A DNA stretch of 64,000 nucleotides, from NCBI GenBank assembly GCA_964019335.1, contig OZ025658.1, positions 744,001-808,000 on the forward strand. Direction: 5' to 3'. The notes beneath the pieces are model-generated. The model ran no database searches. It was not told where the DNA came from and was given only the letters and a program-made list of their open reading frames with translations. This DNA is from Diplonema japonicum (Eukaryota > Protista > Euglenozoa: Diplonemea). The translations under genes and the position numbers were made by a program. Shown piece after piece: positions 9,594-20,169 of the stretch. Each line of letters starts with the position of its first letter. Within the stretch, counting starts at the first letter, position 1.

Positions 9594-12500
9594 ATGCGGT
9601 GGAAGGGCAACCAAGATGGTGGACGAGAAATATCTTTCACAAAACTTGTGACCCATGGCACGGAGGCCGACGAAGAGAGGGCTGGTGGTGACCTGTTCAA
9701 AGTGAAGGTTGGGATACGGATCCGACCGTTTTTGCAAGGCGAGGAGAAGCGGTCGATATTGCACCATAAAGGAGGGGCGCTGAAGCTGCAGCATCCGTAT
9801 CTGAATGAAGAGAGGGTGTGGCATGGGATGGACCACATTTTAAACAGCTGCAAGGAGGCAGAGGAGGAGGGCGGCACACTGTGCGACCAAGCCAGCCTGC
9901 ATTCGGTACTGGGATCCAAAATCCTCAAAAGAACCTTCGATGGGATCAACAACTGCGTCTTCACATACGGGGCATGCAGCAGCGGAAAGACATACACACT
10001 GCTGGGCACCAAGAAAGAAGAAGGGCTGGCCACGAGGTTGCTGCGTGACCTAATCTCATATGAAGGAATCTCATTGAGCCAGCAGTGTGTCATTGAAGCT
10101 AGCGTTTATGAGCTGCTCAATGAAAAAGCTTATGACCTGCTGTCTGAATTGAGCCCCAAAACCAATACACGGACTGAATTGCGTGTCCGAGAGCACCCCA
10201 GCAGCGGCCCGTACATCCCTGGGCTGACAGCCATCACCATCACGTCCAGTGCTCATGTTGATGTTCTCATTGAGCTTGCCAAAAGCAAGTCTAGTTACTC
10301 CCATCTTGTCATCGAGCTCACTGTGCGCATGATGTACAGCCCGCCATCCTGTGCCTCGCCGGAGCCGCTTTCCGCCGTGCCCCCCTTGACACACGCCCCT
10401 TCCTCTTCTATCATGTCCGTTAAGTCAGCTTACCATGTAGCTAAACCTCGATCCCTCTCGCAGGTGCAACGCCAGCGGCTAGCGACCGAACTATATAAAG
10501 TGAAGACAAGGAGGGTGTGTCCTGAGGGCAATATCGCTCGCGATAAAAACTGCCACAAGAAGTCAACGCTCACTTTGTGCGACTTGGCGGGGATGCAGCA
10601 GCTCGGGAAGGCCATGCGCGGGGGTCAGAAAGAGGTGCACCCTCTTGGCGATGTGCAGAAAGCGTCGAAGGTGAACCAGTCGCTGTCGACGTTGTCGCGG
10701 GTGATGGGGATGCTCTCAACAAACGGGGAGACTAGGCTTCTACCGCATCGAGATTCACTGCTAACATGGCTGCTGAAGGAGCATCTGTCGGGCAACTGCT
10801 GCACGCAGATCATCGTCACCGTCTCGAGCAAGGCCGCCGACTATGACAGCATCCTCTCGTCGTTGCTATTCGCAGAGCGTGCTAGAAAGATCGTGGCGAA
10901 GCCTGTCATGAACATCTTCCCTTGCAACAAACCGCGTGTGAACAGGCCCCTATGTACAGACGTGCTGCAGAGCCTGAAAGAGGTTCTCGATGCAACGGAA
11001 GGGATACGGCAACAGCAAGACGTTCTACAGGCACAGCTGACGAAACTGCAGCACACCAAGCGTAAAGGGGGCCGGTTGGAAACTCCGTCCAGCGCCCTTC
11101 CCGATCTTGACGGTGCGAACAAAAGGGTGGCCGTAAGCATCAGTGGCCAGCTGCAGCAGATGGAACAGGAGCTGGCGGCGAATCGTGCATTGCTGGCATC
11201 CAAACTCCGTCCGTCGCTTCAGGCCAGCAACTTCAAGACAGAAGCCTTCGAGTGTGTGTGCCCCGAGGATAAGGCAACCCTTGTGTCGCACCTGGGGCCC
11301 CTTAGGGTCACGAAGCTCTTCAAGGAGATTTCTTTGCTTCCTGAATTCTCCCTGCTCACTGCTCCGGTGCAGTCTAGAAAGATACAACAGTTTGCCCACC
11401 AGCCCTTGGTGAGGCTCAACCCTAACCTCTCTACTGAAAAAAACCTCGCGCCCAATGCCGTGCAGGCCTGCTTGGCCTTAGATTCATTTGTACTTAAAAT
11501 AGGCCAGCAGGAGAAGGAAGCGGAGAGGGAAAAGGAATGGGAGCACATCGACGCAGCAAGCGATTCGTCATCAGACTGGGAGACGAAGCTAAGCGGGCAG
11601 GAAAAGGAGATCTACAAGATATTAGGAAACGGCGACAAGGGGAACCCCGAGGAGGAGAGGAGGAAGGTGTTGTTTGAGTACAATAAGAAAATGGTTTTCG
11701 GGGGCCTGCGTACCCTTCACAGGGTGTGCCTGGGGTTCTCCACCGAAGGGGTCGACGAGACGGTAGATGACGTGGACGAAAACTGGTTGGAACGAAAATG
11801 GCCGTCACTTGCTGAAGCTTGCAAAGCAGCAACAGATGGCGATGTGGTAGTAGTGTACCCGGGACTGCATAAGGGTAAGGTCGTCATCTCGAAAAACATC
11901 AAGGTCATCGGCGCTAAGGGATGTCACCCCGAGAAAGTCCAACTAGAACACAAGGGAACCGACCCCGTGGTGGTGTTCCGCGCCACGTCAGCATCGCTAT
12001 CTGGTGTCACGATCAAGAAAGCAGGGACAGGAGGCGATTGTGCCCTTCACGTTTCCACGGGATCAGGGAGCATCACCAAATGTGTTGTATTGTCATCAGG
12101 TCAATGCGGGGTCCTCTGCACGGGCGGAAGCGTTCTTCTTGACGCATGCGAGGTGAAGGCAACTAGAATAGGAATCTGGGTAAAGGAACGGGGCAGACCC
12201 ATCATACGCCACTGCAGCATCCTACGATGCGGGGACTGCGCTGTGGTCGTCGAAGGCCCGTCCGCAAGACCCTTGATCGAGAAGAACACCATCACCCGCG
12301 GACGAGGCGGCGGTGTTTCCATTTCCCACAAAGGCCGTGGGAAGCTGCGAAACAACTTAATAACGGATAATGAGTGCGCAGGTGTGCTCGTCGAACAGGG
12401 TGGGAACCCCACCGTTGAGGGGAACACCGTAGTGAGGAACAAGGGCGGTGGGATAACCATCAGTGGGAAAGGAACCCGTGGGCATTTCAAATCAAACAAG

Positions 12501-12941
12501 GTGCATGACAACTCAGAACGGGACCTCATCGTAACGGAAGAGGCTCGGCCAAAGATAGAGCTCAACAGTTTCGCAGGCGGACCGCCCTTTGGTTGTGTCT
12601 TCTGCTACGGGGGCGGTGGGCTGTTCATGCACAATAAGCTAGAAGGGTACCAGGGCTATGCTCTGCTAATACGAAATGGAGGAAAGGGTCTTATTTACAA
12701 CAATGATGTCTCCTTCCATGACAGCGCTGATGGTGGGTGTCTCCTTGCAGGGACAGGTTCCGCCTTGGTCGTCAATAATACTTTTTGGAGTTCGCGAGAG
12801 GAACGTGCCCTCACAGTCGACGCTAGGCAGCCTTCCCACCACCACGCTTCAGTCAACATCAAATGGAACTCGGTCAATAAGTCGTGTGCACGGCACCTCA
12901 CTGTGTCTGATCTTCTTGCTTTAGTTAAAGAGTTTAGCTGA
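9594..12941 (+). CDS. Divergent kinesin motor + coiled coil + right-handed parallel beta-helix, 1115 aa
   Basis: VKVGIRIRP, FTYGACSSGKTYT, LRVREHP..GPYIPGL, DLAG, VNQSLSTLSRV, PHRDSLLTWLLKEHLSGN. C-terminal VVVYPG...KNIKVIG followed by G-V-x-V / P-x-I-x-x-N-x-I beta-helix repeats. Confidence 0.85.
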   Translation: MRWKGNQDGGREISFTKLVTHGTEADEERAGGDLFKVKVGIRIRPFLQGEEKRSILHHKGGALKLQHPYLNEERVWHGMDHILNSCKEAEEEGGTLCDQASLHSVLGSKILKRTFDGINNCVFTYGACSSGKTYTLLGTKKEEGLATRLLRDLISYEGISLSQQCVIEASVYELLNEKAYDLLSELSPKTNTRTELRVREHPSSGPYIPGLTAITITSSAHVDVLIELAKSKSSYSHLVIELTVRMMYSPPSCASPEPLSAVPPLTHAPSSSIMSVKSAYHVAKPRSLSQVQRQRLATELYKVKTRRVCPEGNIARDKNCHKKSTLTLCDLAGMQQLGKAMRGGQKEVHPLGDVQKASKVNQSLSTLSRVMGMLSTNGETRLLPHRDSLLTWLLKEHLSGNCCTQIIVTVSSKAADYDSILSSLLFAERARKIVAKPVMNIFPCNKPRVNRPLCTDVLQSLKEVLDATEGIRQQQDVLQAQLTKLQHTKRKGGRLETPSSALPDLDGANKRVAVSISGQLQQMEQELAANRALLASKLRPSLQASNFKTEAFECVCPEDKATLVSHLGPLRVTKLFKEISLLPEFSLLTAPVQSRKIQQFAHQPLVRLNPNLSTEKNLAPNAVQACLALDSFVLKIGQQEKEAEREKEWEHIDAASDSSSDWETKLSGQEKEIYKILGNGDKGNPEEERRKVLFEYNKKMVFGGLRTLHRVCLGFSTEGVDETVDDVDENWLERKWPSLAEACKAATDGDVVVVYPGLHKGKVVISKNIKVIGAKGCHPEKVQLEHKGTDPVVVFRATSASLSGVTIKKAGTGGDCALHVSTGSGSITKCVVLSSGQCGVLCTGGSVLLDACEVKATRIGIWVKERGRPIIRHCSILRCGDCAVVVEGPSARPLIEKNTITRGRGGGVSISHKGRGKLRNNLITDNECAGVLVEQGGNPTVEGNTVVRNKGGGITISGKGTRGHFKSNKVHDNSERDLIVTEEARPKIELNSFAGGPPFGCVFCYGGGGLFMHNKLEGYQGYALLIRNGGKGLIYNNDVSFHDSADGGCLLAGTGSALVVNNTFWSSREERALTVDARQPSHHHASVNIKWNSVNKSCARHLTVSDLLALVKEFS

Positions 12942-13090
12942 CTAAAACACAAGATTTCTTTCTTTTTTTTTCCTTTTTTTTATATTATTACTCTTTGTTT
13001 TATTTTCCCTGTCCTGCTTTTTATTTTTTATTTAGTTTCTGTAAAATGGATTAGCTTTTGTCAGAAAAAAAAAGTATTCGTTGTTTCTTA

Positions 13091-13219
13091 TCCCTTCCCT
13101 TCCCTTCCCTTCCCTTCCCTTCCCTTCCCTTCCCTTCCCTTCCCTTCCCTTCCCTTCCCTTCCCTTCCCTTCCCTTCCCTTCCCTTCCCTTCCCTTCCCT
13201 TCCCTTCCCTTCCCTTCCC
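13091..13219. repeat. Pentanucleotide microsatellite (TCCCT)n, ~26 units
   Basis: Uninterrupted repeat read directly. Confidence 0.97.
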
Positions 13220-13421
13220 CACACTTGTCACATTTTCTTGACGGAAGTTCTTTTCCTTTTACAGTGTGTAAAGATGAAAGAAAAAAGAAAGAGAGCGAAA
13301 AAAAAGAAGATAAAAGAAAAAGAAAAAACCATTACCCTGCACTTCTTTTGATCGGTTTCATTTATTTATCTGTCCCTTCGTTAAGCTCACGATCACCACA
13401 GGCCCATCACAAGTCAACATC

Positions 13422-16400
13422 ATGCTGCGTTCTGTTATGCTGCTCTCAGCAGCAACCACGGCCATGGCAGCATGGCCGACATTTGATATGTCTCCTGCCC
13501 CGTCGAACGCTCCAGACCTTGTTGAGATGACGGAGGGGATGCTTGCGTGGGGCGACCTGCCTTTGTCTAGGTTGGTAGACGTCCCGCACTACTTGCTGAC
13601 AGGAAATGTCAAGATGTGGAGGCTCAACGAAGAGCCTCCCGTGGGTACCACCTTCACGCTGACCTGCCCTCAAGAGAACTCCGGTCACGGTAAGCAGGTG
13701 TGCGAGTTCTACATCTTCGTGTACCACTGCCCTCCGTGTGCGTACAACGGTGGCTTCCCTGGTGCCCTTCTCGCGGATGACTGGCACGCTGGGTCCTGCG
13801 CGCCGCGTTTCACTGTGGCCACCGATGAGAGGCACAAGATGACCGCCTTCAGGAGGCAGCTGCAGCCTGGTCAGTCTGCCACCTTCACCTCGACTGAGTC
13901 CGCAAGGTTCGTCGCATTTGCCGCCACCGAGTTCGGTGTGGAGTGCTCCCAGAGCAACGAACGCATCGAGTGCGGCGGTCTTCCGTACTGCGCCTGGAAG
14001 GACGGTGAGTGCACTGATTATTGGTGCCCCCGCCGTTTCATCACTGGTGGAGGCCAGGTCGAGAAGTGTATGACATGCGCCACCGAGGAGATCGAGCCCA
14101 CTCCCCCTCCTCCGCCCACGAAGACCCCCGACCAGACCCCGGCTCCCACTCCGGTCCCTACCCCGGTCCCAACACCCGTTCCTACCCCGGTGCCAACACC
14201 TGTTCCTACCCCCATGCCAACGCCCGTGCCTACCCCTGGTCCTACTCCTCAGCCCACCCCCATGCCTACGCCCGTGCCCACACCCGTTCCTACCCCCGTA
14301 CCCACACCCGTTCCTACGCCCGTGCCCACACCCGTTCCTACACCCGTGCCTACACCTGTCCCCACCGAGACTCCTACCCAGACCTACGAGTGCACTGCGT
14401 GCGTCACGCACTGCAACGATGATGTTGAGGAGAAGCCTGACAAGAACTGCATCAAGTACGACTCCAGTGATCTGGAGCTGACCAAGGAGGGCGGCTACGA
14501 GCAGCACGTCGGGATCAGGTGGCAGAAGGTCTACATCCCCAAGGGCGCTACTATTGTCAGCGCAGTGATTGAGTTCAAGGCCGATGAATCCGACTCCGGA
14601 ACCGCTGCCATGGAGCTTGCGTTCGTGAAGTCGAGCTCTGCGTCAGGGTGGGGGGCGAACTCGAAGAAGCCGTCGAGGAGGACGCTTACCAACAACAAGG
14701 TCACTTGGACCATCTCGGAGACCTGGTACACGGGCAACAAGTACCAGTCGCCCAACCTGAAGGACGTGGTTCAGGAGATCGTGGACCGCTCAGGGTGGAA
14801 CAGCGGGAACGCCATGTCTGTGGTCATCAAGAAGGGAAACACCCACAAGAACGGTGTCCGAGTTGCGGAATCGAGGGAAGGCGATGGCAAGGGTGCCTGC
14901 CTCAAGCTGGTTTGGACCACGCCCGACACCGACGTGCCGCCTCCCCCTCCTCCCCCGACCCCTCCCCCGCAGCCCACCACTTGCCCCTCGGACAGGGTGC
15001 GCAAGGCTTACAGCTCGCTGTCCTGCCAGGAGAGGGAACACTACGTCGCTGCCGTGAAGGCGCTCAAGCAACAAAAGGGCAGCTGGTACGAGAACTTCGT
15101 GAGAGTCCACTACCAGCAGAAGACGTACGCCCACGGCACCTCGGCCTTCCTTTCTTGGCACAGGTGGTACCTTCTGCAGTACGAGAACGAGCTGAGGTCC
15201 ATCAGCGGCTTCGAGTGCGTGACCGTTCCTTACTGGGACGCCGAGAGGGACTGCTCGAACGAGGAGGAGTCCGCCCCGTTGAAGGACTCTACTTTCGGTG
15301 ACCCGCGCAAGCACTCCCGCAGAGACGACTGCTTGACATCTGGTCTTGCAAAGATGGGCTCGTGGGACGTGTCGGGCAGTGGAACATGCCTCAAGAGGAG
15401 CTACTCGAGCAACTTCGGGTTCGCATCTGAGACCACCGTCATCAGGATGATCGAGAGCAACAACAACCGCCACATCTACTACTTCAGCTCATCCCTCGAG
15501 GGTAGTCCCCACAGCGGGCCGCACAACTACCTCGGCGGCCACATGGGGGGCATGACCTCGCCCGACGATCCGTTGTTCTTCCTGGTGCACGCCAACGTGG
15601 ACAGGCTGTGGGCCATCTGGCAGGACTACTGGGGCTACGACAAGGTCTCCAAGAACCACCTCAACGACCAGTCCCAGTACTACTACATCCGAGGAAAGAG
15701 CGGTGTCTCGACAAACAGCTTGAAGCTTGACGCTGTGCTTCCCTACTCGCACGGTGCGTCCAGCAAGCTGCACAACTTCGCCGAAGACGTGACCATCCGT
15801 GACATGTGGGACATCGAGGACCTTCCGCAGGGCTTCAAGTACACCTACGGGACGGACAACATTGCCATGCAGCTGGGGAAATGCTCGTCGGGCACGTGGC
15901 ACTGGGTGGTCCCGGGACGCACGGACAGGCTGACATGCTGCGGTGACGGTACCAAGGACTACAACGAGGAGTGCGACGGTGGGTCTGGCTGCACTGAGAA
16001 CTGCCAGTACAGCTGGTCCAACGAAAGGAAGGCCGGAGCGCTTTCCACCGAGACACGCGGGTGCAGCGACCCCACTCCGCACATGGTTGCGACGCAGGGG
16101 GGCTCCGACGGGGAGGACGAGACTGCAGGCCTTGCCTTCGACACGTGTTGCTTCACCGACGAAAAGGTCGAGAAGGCCTACAACGATGTTGTGAAGCACC
16201 TGACCCACACGGCCATCAACGACGACAAGGACGACATGAACGATGACCTGGTCACTCCCAGCAACAGCGATCTGGACAAGCTGTGCTGTGAGGACCTTAA
16301 GCGTTCTGGCAAGGCATCCTGCGACGACTCTTGGTGCCAAATGCAGGGGAAGACAGGCAGCAACCTGGACAGCTGCATCGAGGATTGCACTGCCAATCAC

Positions 16401-16442
16401 ATCATCAAGCTTCTGGGACACAACCCGTGCGATACGAATTAG
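13422..16442 (+). CDS. Secreted multidomain tyrosinase, copy 2 (complete, 1006 aa)
   Basis: Signal peptide; Cys-rich domain ~13510-14080; PT/PV linker; bacterial-type beta domain ~14385-14920; poly-Pro; six Cu-ligand His codons at 15108, 15132, 15159, 15510, 15522, 15588; CGDG...EECDGG.GC...C repeat ~15938-16008. Confidence 0.92.
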   Translation: MLRSVMLLSAATTAMAAWPTFDMSPAPSNAPDLVEMTEGMLAWGDLPLSRLVDVPHYLLTGNVKMWRLNEEPPVGTTFTLTCPQENSGHGKQVCEFYIFVYHCPPCAYNGGFPGALLADDWHAGSCAPRFTVATDERHKMTAFRRQLQPGQSATFTSTESARFVAFAATEFGVECSQSNERIECGGLPYCAWKDGECTDYWCPRRFITGGGQVEKCMTCATEEIEPTPPPPPTKTPDQTPAPTPVPTPVPTPVPTPVPTPVPTPMPTPVPTPGPTPQPTPMPTPVPTPVPTPVPTPVPTPVPTPVPTPVPTPVPTETPTQTYECTACVTHCNDDVEEKPDKNCIKYDSSDLELTKEGGYEQHVGIRWQKVYIPKGATIVSAVIEFKADESDSGTAAMELAFVKSSSASGWGANSKKPSRRTLTNNKVTWTISETWYTGNKYQSPNLKDVVQEIVDRSGWNSGNAMSVVIKKGNTHKNGVRVAESREGDGKGACLKLVWTTPDTDVPPPPPPPTPPPQPTTCPSDRVRKAYSSLSCQEREHYVAAVKALKQQKGSWYENFVRVHYQQKTYAHGTSAFLSWHRWYLLQYENELRSISGFECVTVPYWDAERDCSNEEESAPLKDSTFGDPRKHSRRDDCLTSGLAKMGSWDVSGSGTCLKRSYSSNFGFASETTVIRMIESNNNRHIYYFSSSLEGSPHSGPHNYLGGHMGGMTSPDDPLFFLVHANVDRLWAIWQDYWGYDKVSKNHLNDQSQYYYIRGKSGVSTNSLKLDAVLPYSHGASSKLHNFAEDVTIRDMWDIEDLPQGFKYTYGTDNIAMQLGKCSSGTWHWVVPGRTDRLTCCGDGTKDYNEECDGGSGCTENCQYSWSNERKAGALSTETRGCSDPTPHMVATQGGSDGEDETAGLAFDTCCFTDEKVEKAYNDVVKHLTHTAINDDKDDMNDDLVTPSNSDLDKLCCEDLKRSGKASCDDSWCQMQGKTGSNLDSCIEDCTANHIIKLLGHNPCDTN
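14097..14384 (+). repeat. Coding 12-bp minisatellite encoding a (PTPV)n mucin-like linker
   Basis: Translation [12 protein letters not shown]... with synonymous variation between units. Confidence 0.9.
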
Positions 16443-16449
16443 GCTTTGT

Positions 16450-16493
<44 letters not shown>

Positions 16494-18370
16494 CTTTACA
16501 GATATGGATCTTTTTTTTTTTATGTTTTAGTTGAGTACATTTTTGCCCCTGTAATTATCACAGTATTTTCTTTTATTTTAACCCCCCTTTTTTTTTTGCG
16601 CACAAAGAGAAAAAAAAAAAAGTTTGTTTCCTTCTTATAATACCCTACCACCCAACCCACCTTTTGACTCCTTGAAATTATTTTTCTTTCTCCTCTCTTT
16701 ATTGTTCCCCTATTACATTATGTCGGCACGCAAGAAAGTACTGTGTCTGTAGAAAAAAAAAAAAAAAAAAAAAAAAAGAAAACACAAAAAAAAAAAAAAA
16801 ATGTAAGTATAATGAGCTGATTTCCTTTTTGTAGAGGATGGGAGTGGTACTCTTGGCGTTTGCTCATGAAACGAAAAGAAGAAAAGAAAAAAAAAAAAAA
16901 AAAAAAAAACATAAAGACACAGCAGACTTATCTATGTGCTGCGTTATGGGGGGGGGAGAGGGAGAGGGGCTGTAAGGTGAGCGCAGCGTGAGGGATAACA
17001 TTTTTATTATAAAAAAAAAAAGTCCCCTTTTTTTTTCCTTTTTTATCTGGAAAGAAGAAAAAAAAAAAGTGAAAAAGGGGAGAGGGGAAAAAGGAAAAAA
17101 AAGAAATACCTGTTTTTTTCTTCTTCTTTTTTTTTTTCTCTTATTATTATTCAGGGGTTTTGCAGCTTTGTGTGAATGTGCATCTTTTCTTTTCTTTTTT
17201 TTCTTTTTTTTTTCCTCGGGGTACTACTACTGCACACGGAAAATAGAGACAGAGTGCTTGATTCAAGAAGAAGGTCCTCTCCTCTGCATCTAAGGTTTCT
17301 GATGCCTGCAGTAGATGGGAACCAAGGGGGCGTCCTGCAGGACCTCCTTCCTCAAATGTATTTTTTCTGCTTCTTTTTTTTTTCTTCTCCTTCTTCCCCC
17401 TTTTATATCGAAACGACGAGGGAAAAAAAAATAATAAAGTGGGGGTAGGAAGAAAGAAGAATAAAAAAATGAAAGAGAAAAAAAAAAGAAATTAAAAGAA
17501 AACCATTTAATCCTCCCCCTCCCCACCATCTTTTTAACAAATATTCCCCCGTTTAGAAAAATAATTCGGGGATTAACAAACATTATCACTAATTCTTTTT
17601 TATTTTTTTTTTCCAAGAGAAAGAGGGGAAATTAATTAGAAATTAAAAAACGAAAAACGAAAAACATTTATATAAAAGAAGGAAAAAAAAAAAGAAAGAA
17701 GGGAGGGGAAACAGAGTGAGGGAATGTATTGACGAAAAGAATAAAAGATTTAACAAAAGAAAATCTTTTTTGGTATCTTTTTTTTCTTTTTTTTTTTTTG
17801 CGCTTCCCCCCTCTTTTCCTCCCTTCTTTTTTTTTTTTTTTTAATAAGAATTTTTTTTTTCTCCGCTTTTCCCTTACTTTGCTCTTATTTTTGTTTTGTT
17901 TTTTTTTTTTTTTCCGATTTTCTCACACACACCTGTTTTCTTTCCCACGGTACAGACAATAGTTTTTTTTTTTTTAAGCCGGCCCCGCCCAGAAATCCAC
18001 TTTTAACTTTTTTTTTTTCGAAGTTTTCAAGATTTATTGTATACATCCAAAACAGTCCCTTAAGAATGAGGTGCACTGAGACGTGATTTCTTTCTTTCTT
18101 TTTTTTTCCAAGGTAGGAAAAGTAAGAAAAAAAAACAAGAAACTAATCGAGTCTTGATGTGCCCTTTTTCTGTTTTGTTCTCCACTAAAAAGAAAAGAGT
18201 TTAGGGTTTTTTTTTTTTTTGAAAAAAAAAAGTTTTTCAGTTTTTTTATTAAAACACTGAAAACTCCACCCTTTTTTTTTTTTTGTTTTACCTGTTCCCT
18301 TCATTTCTTTTTTCTTGTTCCCTTCTCCATTTCTAATTGCCACAGTTGTTTGTCCCCCCTTCCCCTGTTT

Positions 18371-18401
<31 letters not shown>

Positions 18402-19342
18402 CTCTTGAGAAGAAGAACAAGAACAATAGAAAAAAAAAAATAGAAGAAAAAAAAAGATGACGAACTTTTGGTAGAAAACAAAAAGGGGGTGAAAAAAAAA
18501 AGTTGGTTCGGGCTATGTTGGCCATAATTTTTTTTTTTTAATTTTATTTTTTGCGAAATGAAAAGAAAAACAAACAAAAAATAAAACAAAAACAAAAAAA
18601 CAATGACTTTTATGAAATGTTATTTCTTTTTTCCCCCTCCCCCAGTGAACCTAAGTGAGAACAGAAAGCCCATGGGCGTATCTATCGGAGTTTGCACACA
18701 AGAAATGTATGATATGTTCTTCACTTCCTTGGTGGGAGCAGTGCACGCACTTCCCCACTCAGAATGATGAATTTTATTATACTTCTTTTTCCTACTCCCT
18801 CTCCCTCCTCACTTTACTTTGTTTCCCTCTCTTCCCGTCCCCCCCTTTATTTCCCGTTATTTCACAGCAGAAATAATATTTGAAGGGAGCTAAAAAAAAA
18901 AAAAAAAAGAATAGAAAAATGAGGAGGAAAAAAAAATCTTCATAAAGAAAGAGGAAACCGAATGAAAAGAATAAATTGTTACTACTTGCAAAACGATGAA
19001 ACAAGAATGGGGAAAGGAGGGGGAGTGGATGGGATGAGGAAAATAAAATAAAATAAAAACTTTTTTTTGAAAAAGGAAAAAGAAGGGCTGGGAAGAAAAA
19101 AGAAAAGACAATTTTTTTTTATCTCCCTCGTTTTTTAAGCCCTCTTCATTTAAAAAAAAAAGTCTTTTTTTTTCCCGCCACCCCCTTGCGATTTCTTGTT
19201 CATTTTTGAACGAACATTTTTCTTCTTCTTTTCACAGGTCCTCTCGTCTCTGTATGGGGATCAATACCTTGTTTTATTTGGTTCTCTCCCCCTTTCATTT
19301 CCTCTCTTCTGCTGTGTCTCCATCTTTCTTCGTAGAGGTGAC
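14457..19342 (+). repeat. Segmental duplication, copy 2 (partner 1-4800)
   Basis: See copy 1. The left limit is set by the window edge of the partner. Confidence 0.93.
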
Positions 19343-19572
19343 GATTTCTTACTTATTATTTTTTTTTATATTTTTTATTTATCCCTTCCTTCCTCTCTAC
19401 CTCTCAATTTCTCATTCCCCCCCCCCTTTTTTTTACCCCTTCTTTTTTTTTTCTTATTTTTTCTTCTTTCCCCTTTCTTACCTTTCTTGTTTTATGGTTT
19501 TTCCTTTAAAAAAAAAAATATAATATAAAAAGGAAAACCGTTAGGGGGAGGGGATCAAAAGGGGAAGAAGCA

Positions 19573-20147
19573 ATGGCGTCTGCAACTGCAGCTGCAGGGA
19601 AATCTGCATCAAGCAAGGTGACGTTGAATTCGTACGTCCCTCAAATGAACCTGTGGAGGTCGTTTATAAAAACGATTACTATCCGGCCAAGCCCGACGAG
19701 ATGGGGCGGGCCAAGCAGGAACGGCCGAATGTTTGTGAAATCTGCGTGCTGGCTGATGGCGTTTTCCTTCCCAAACTGGCTTTTAAACAAGTACGGCTTG
19801 CCAGAGTTGTACGCTGTATGTCCTCACACGCACCATCACCTTATCCACAGAGACATTTCGGGAACGGCGACCCCCGCTGGTTACATGCCACCTCCACAGG
19901 TGTCGCGAATATCAGCCAACGTGCCCTGCCATGGGACCCCCACGGCCTTGTGACGCCAGACCCTTGGACCACCTTCGTGCCGCGTATGAATGAAATCTAC
20001 GCCGAGCCTTGGGAGCAGCTGTCGAGACAGGACCATGTTGAGGAGTCGGAGGCGTGGTCGAAGTTCGGCGAACCCGCAAATAGAACACAAGGCGCCTTCG
20101 GGTCCACGTCGCAGAAGCAGTCGCTGCAGTTCAGTATGTGGTGGTAA
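19573..20147 (+). CDS. Two-exon hypothetical protein, 179 aa (exons 19573-19815, 19851-20147); possibly mitochondrial
   Basis: Removing a 35-nt GTATGT...CCACAG intron (19816-19850) joins ORFs 19573 and 19653 in frame: ...GLPELYA/RHFGNGDPRW...FSMWW*. Ala/Ser/Lys-rich N-terminus with no acidic residues and one hydrophobic stretch. Confidence 0.8.
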
Positions 20148-20169
20148 TATGAATACTGTAAAACGAAAA

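Noticed and set aside
13091-13219. Telomere, CRISPR array or (FPSLP)n protein
   Set aside because: Not TTAGGG, no spacers or cas genes, and the ORFs only read through the microsatellite.
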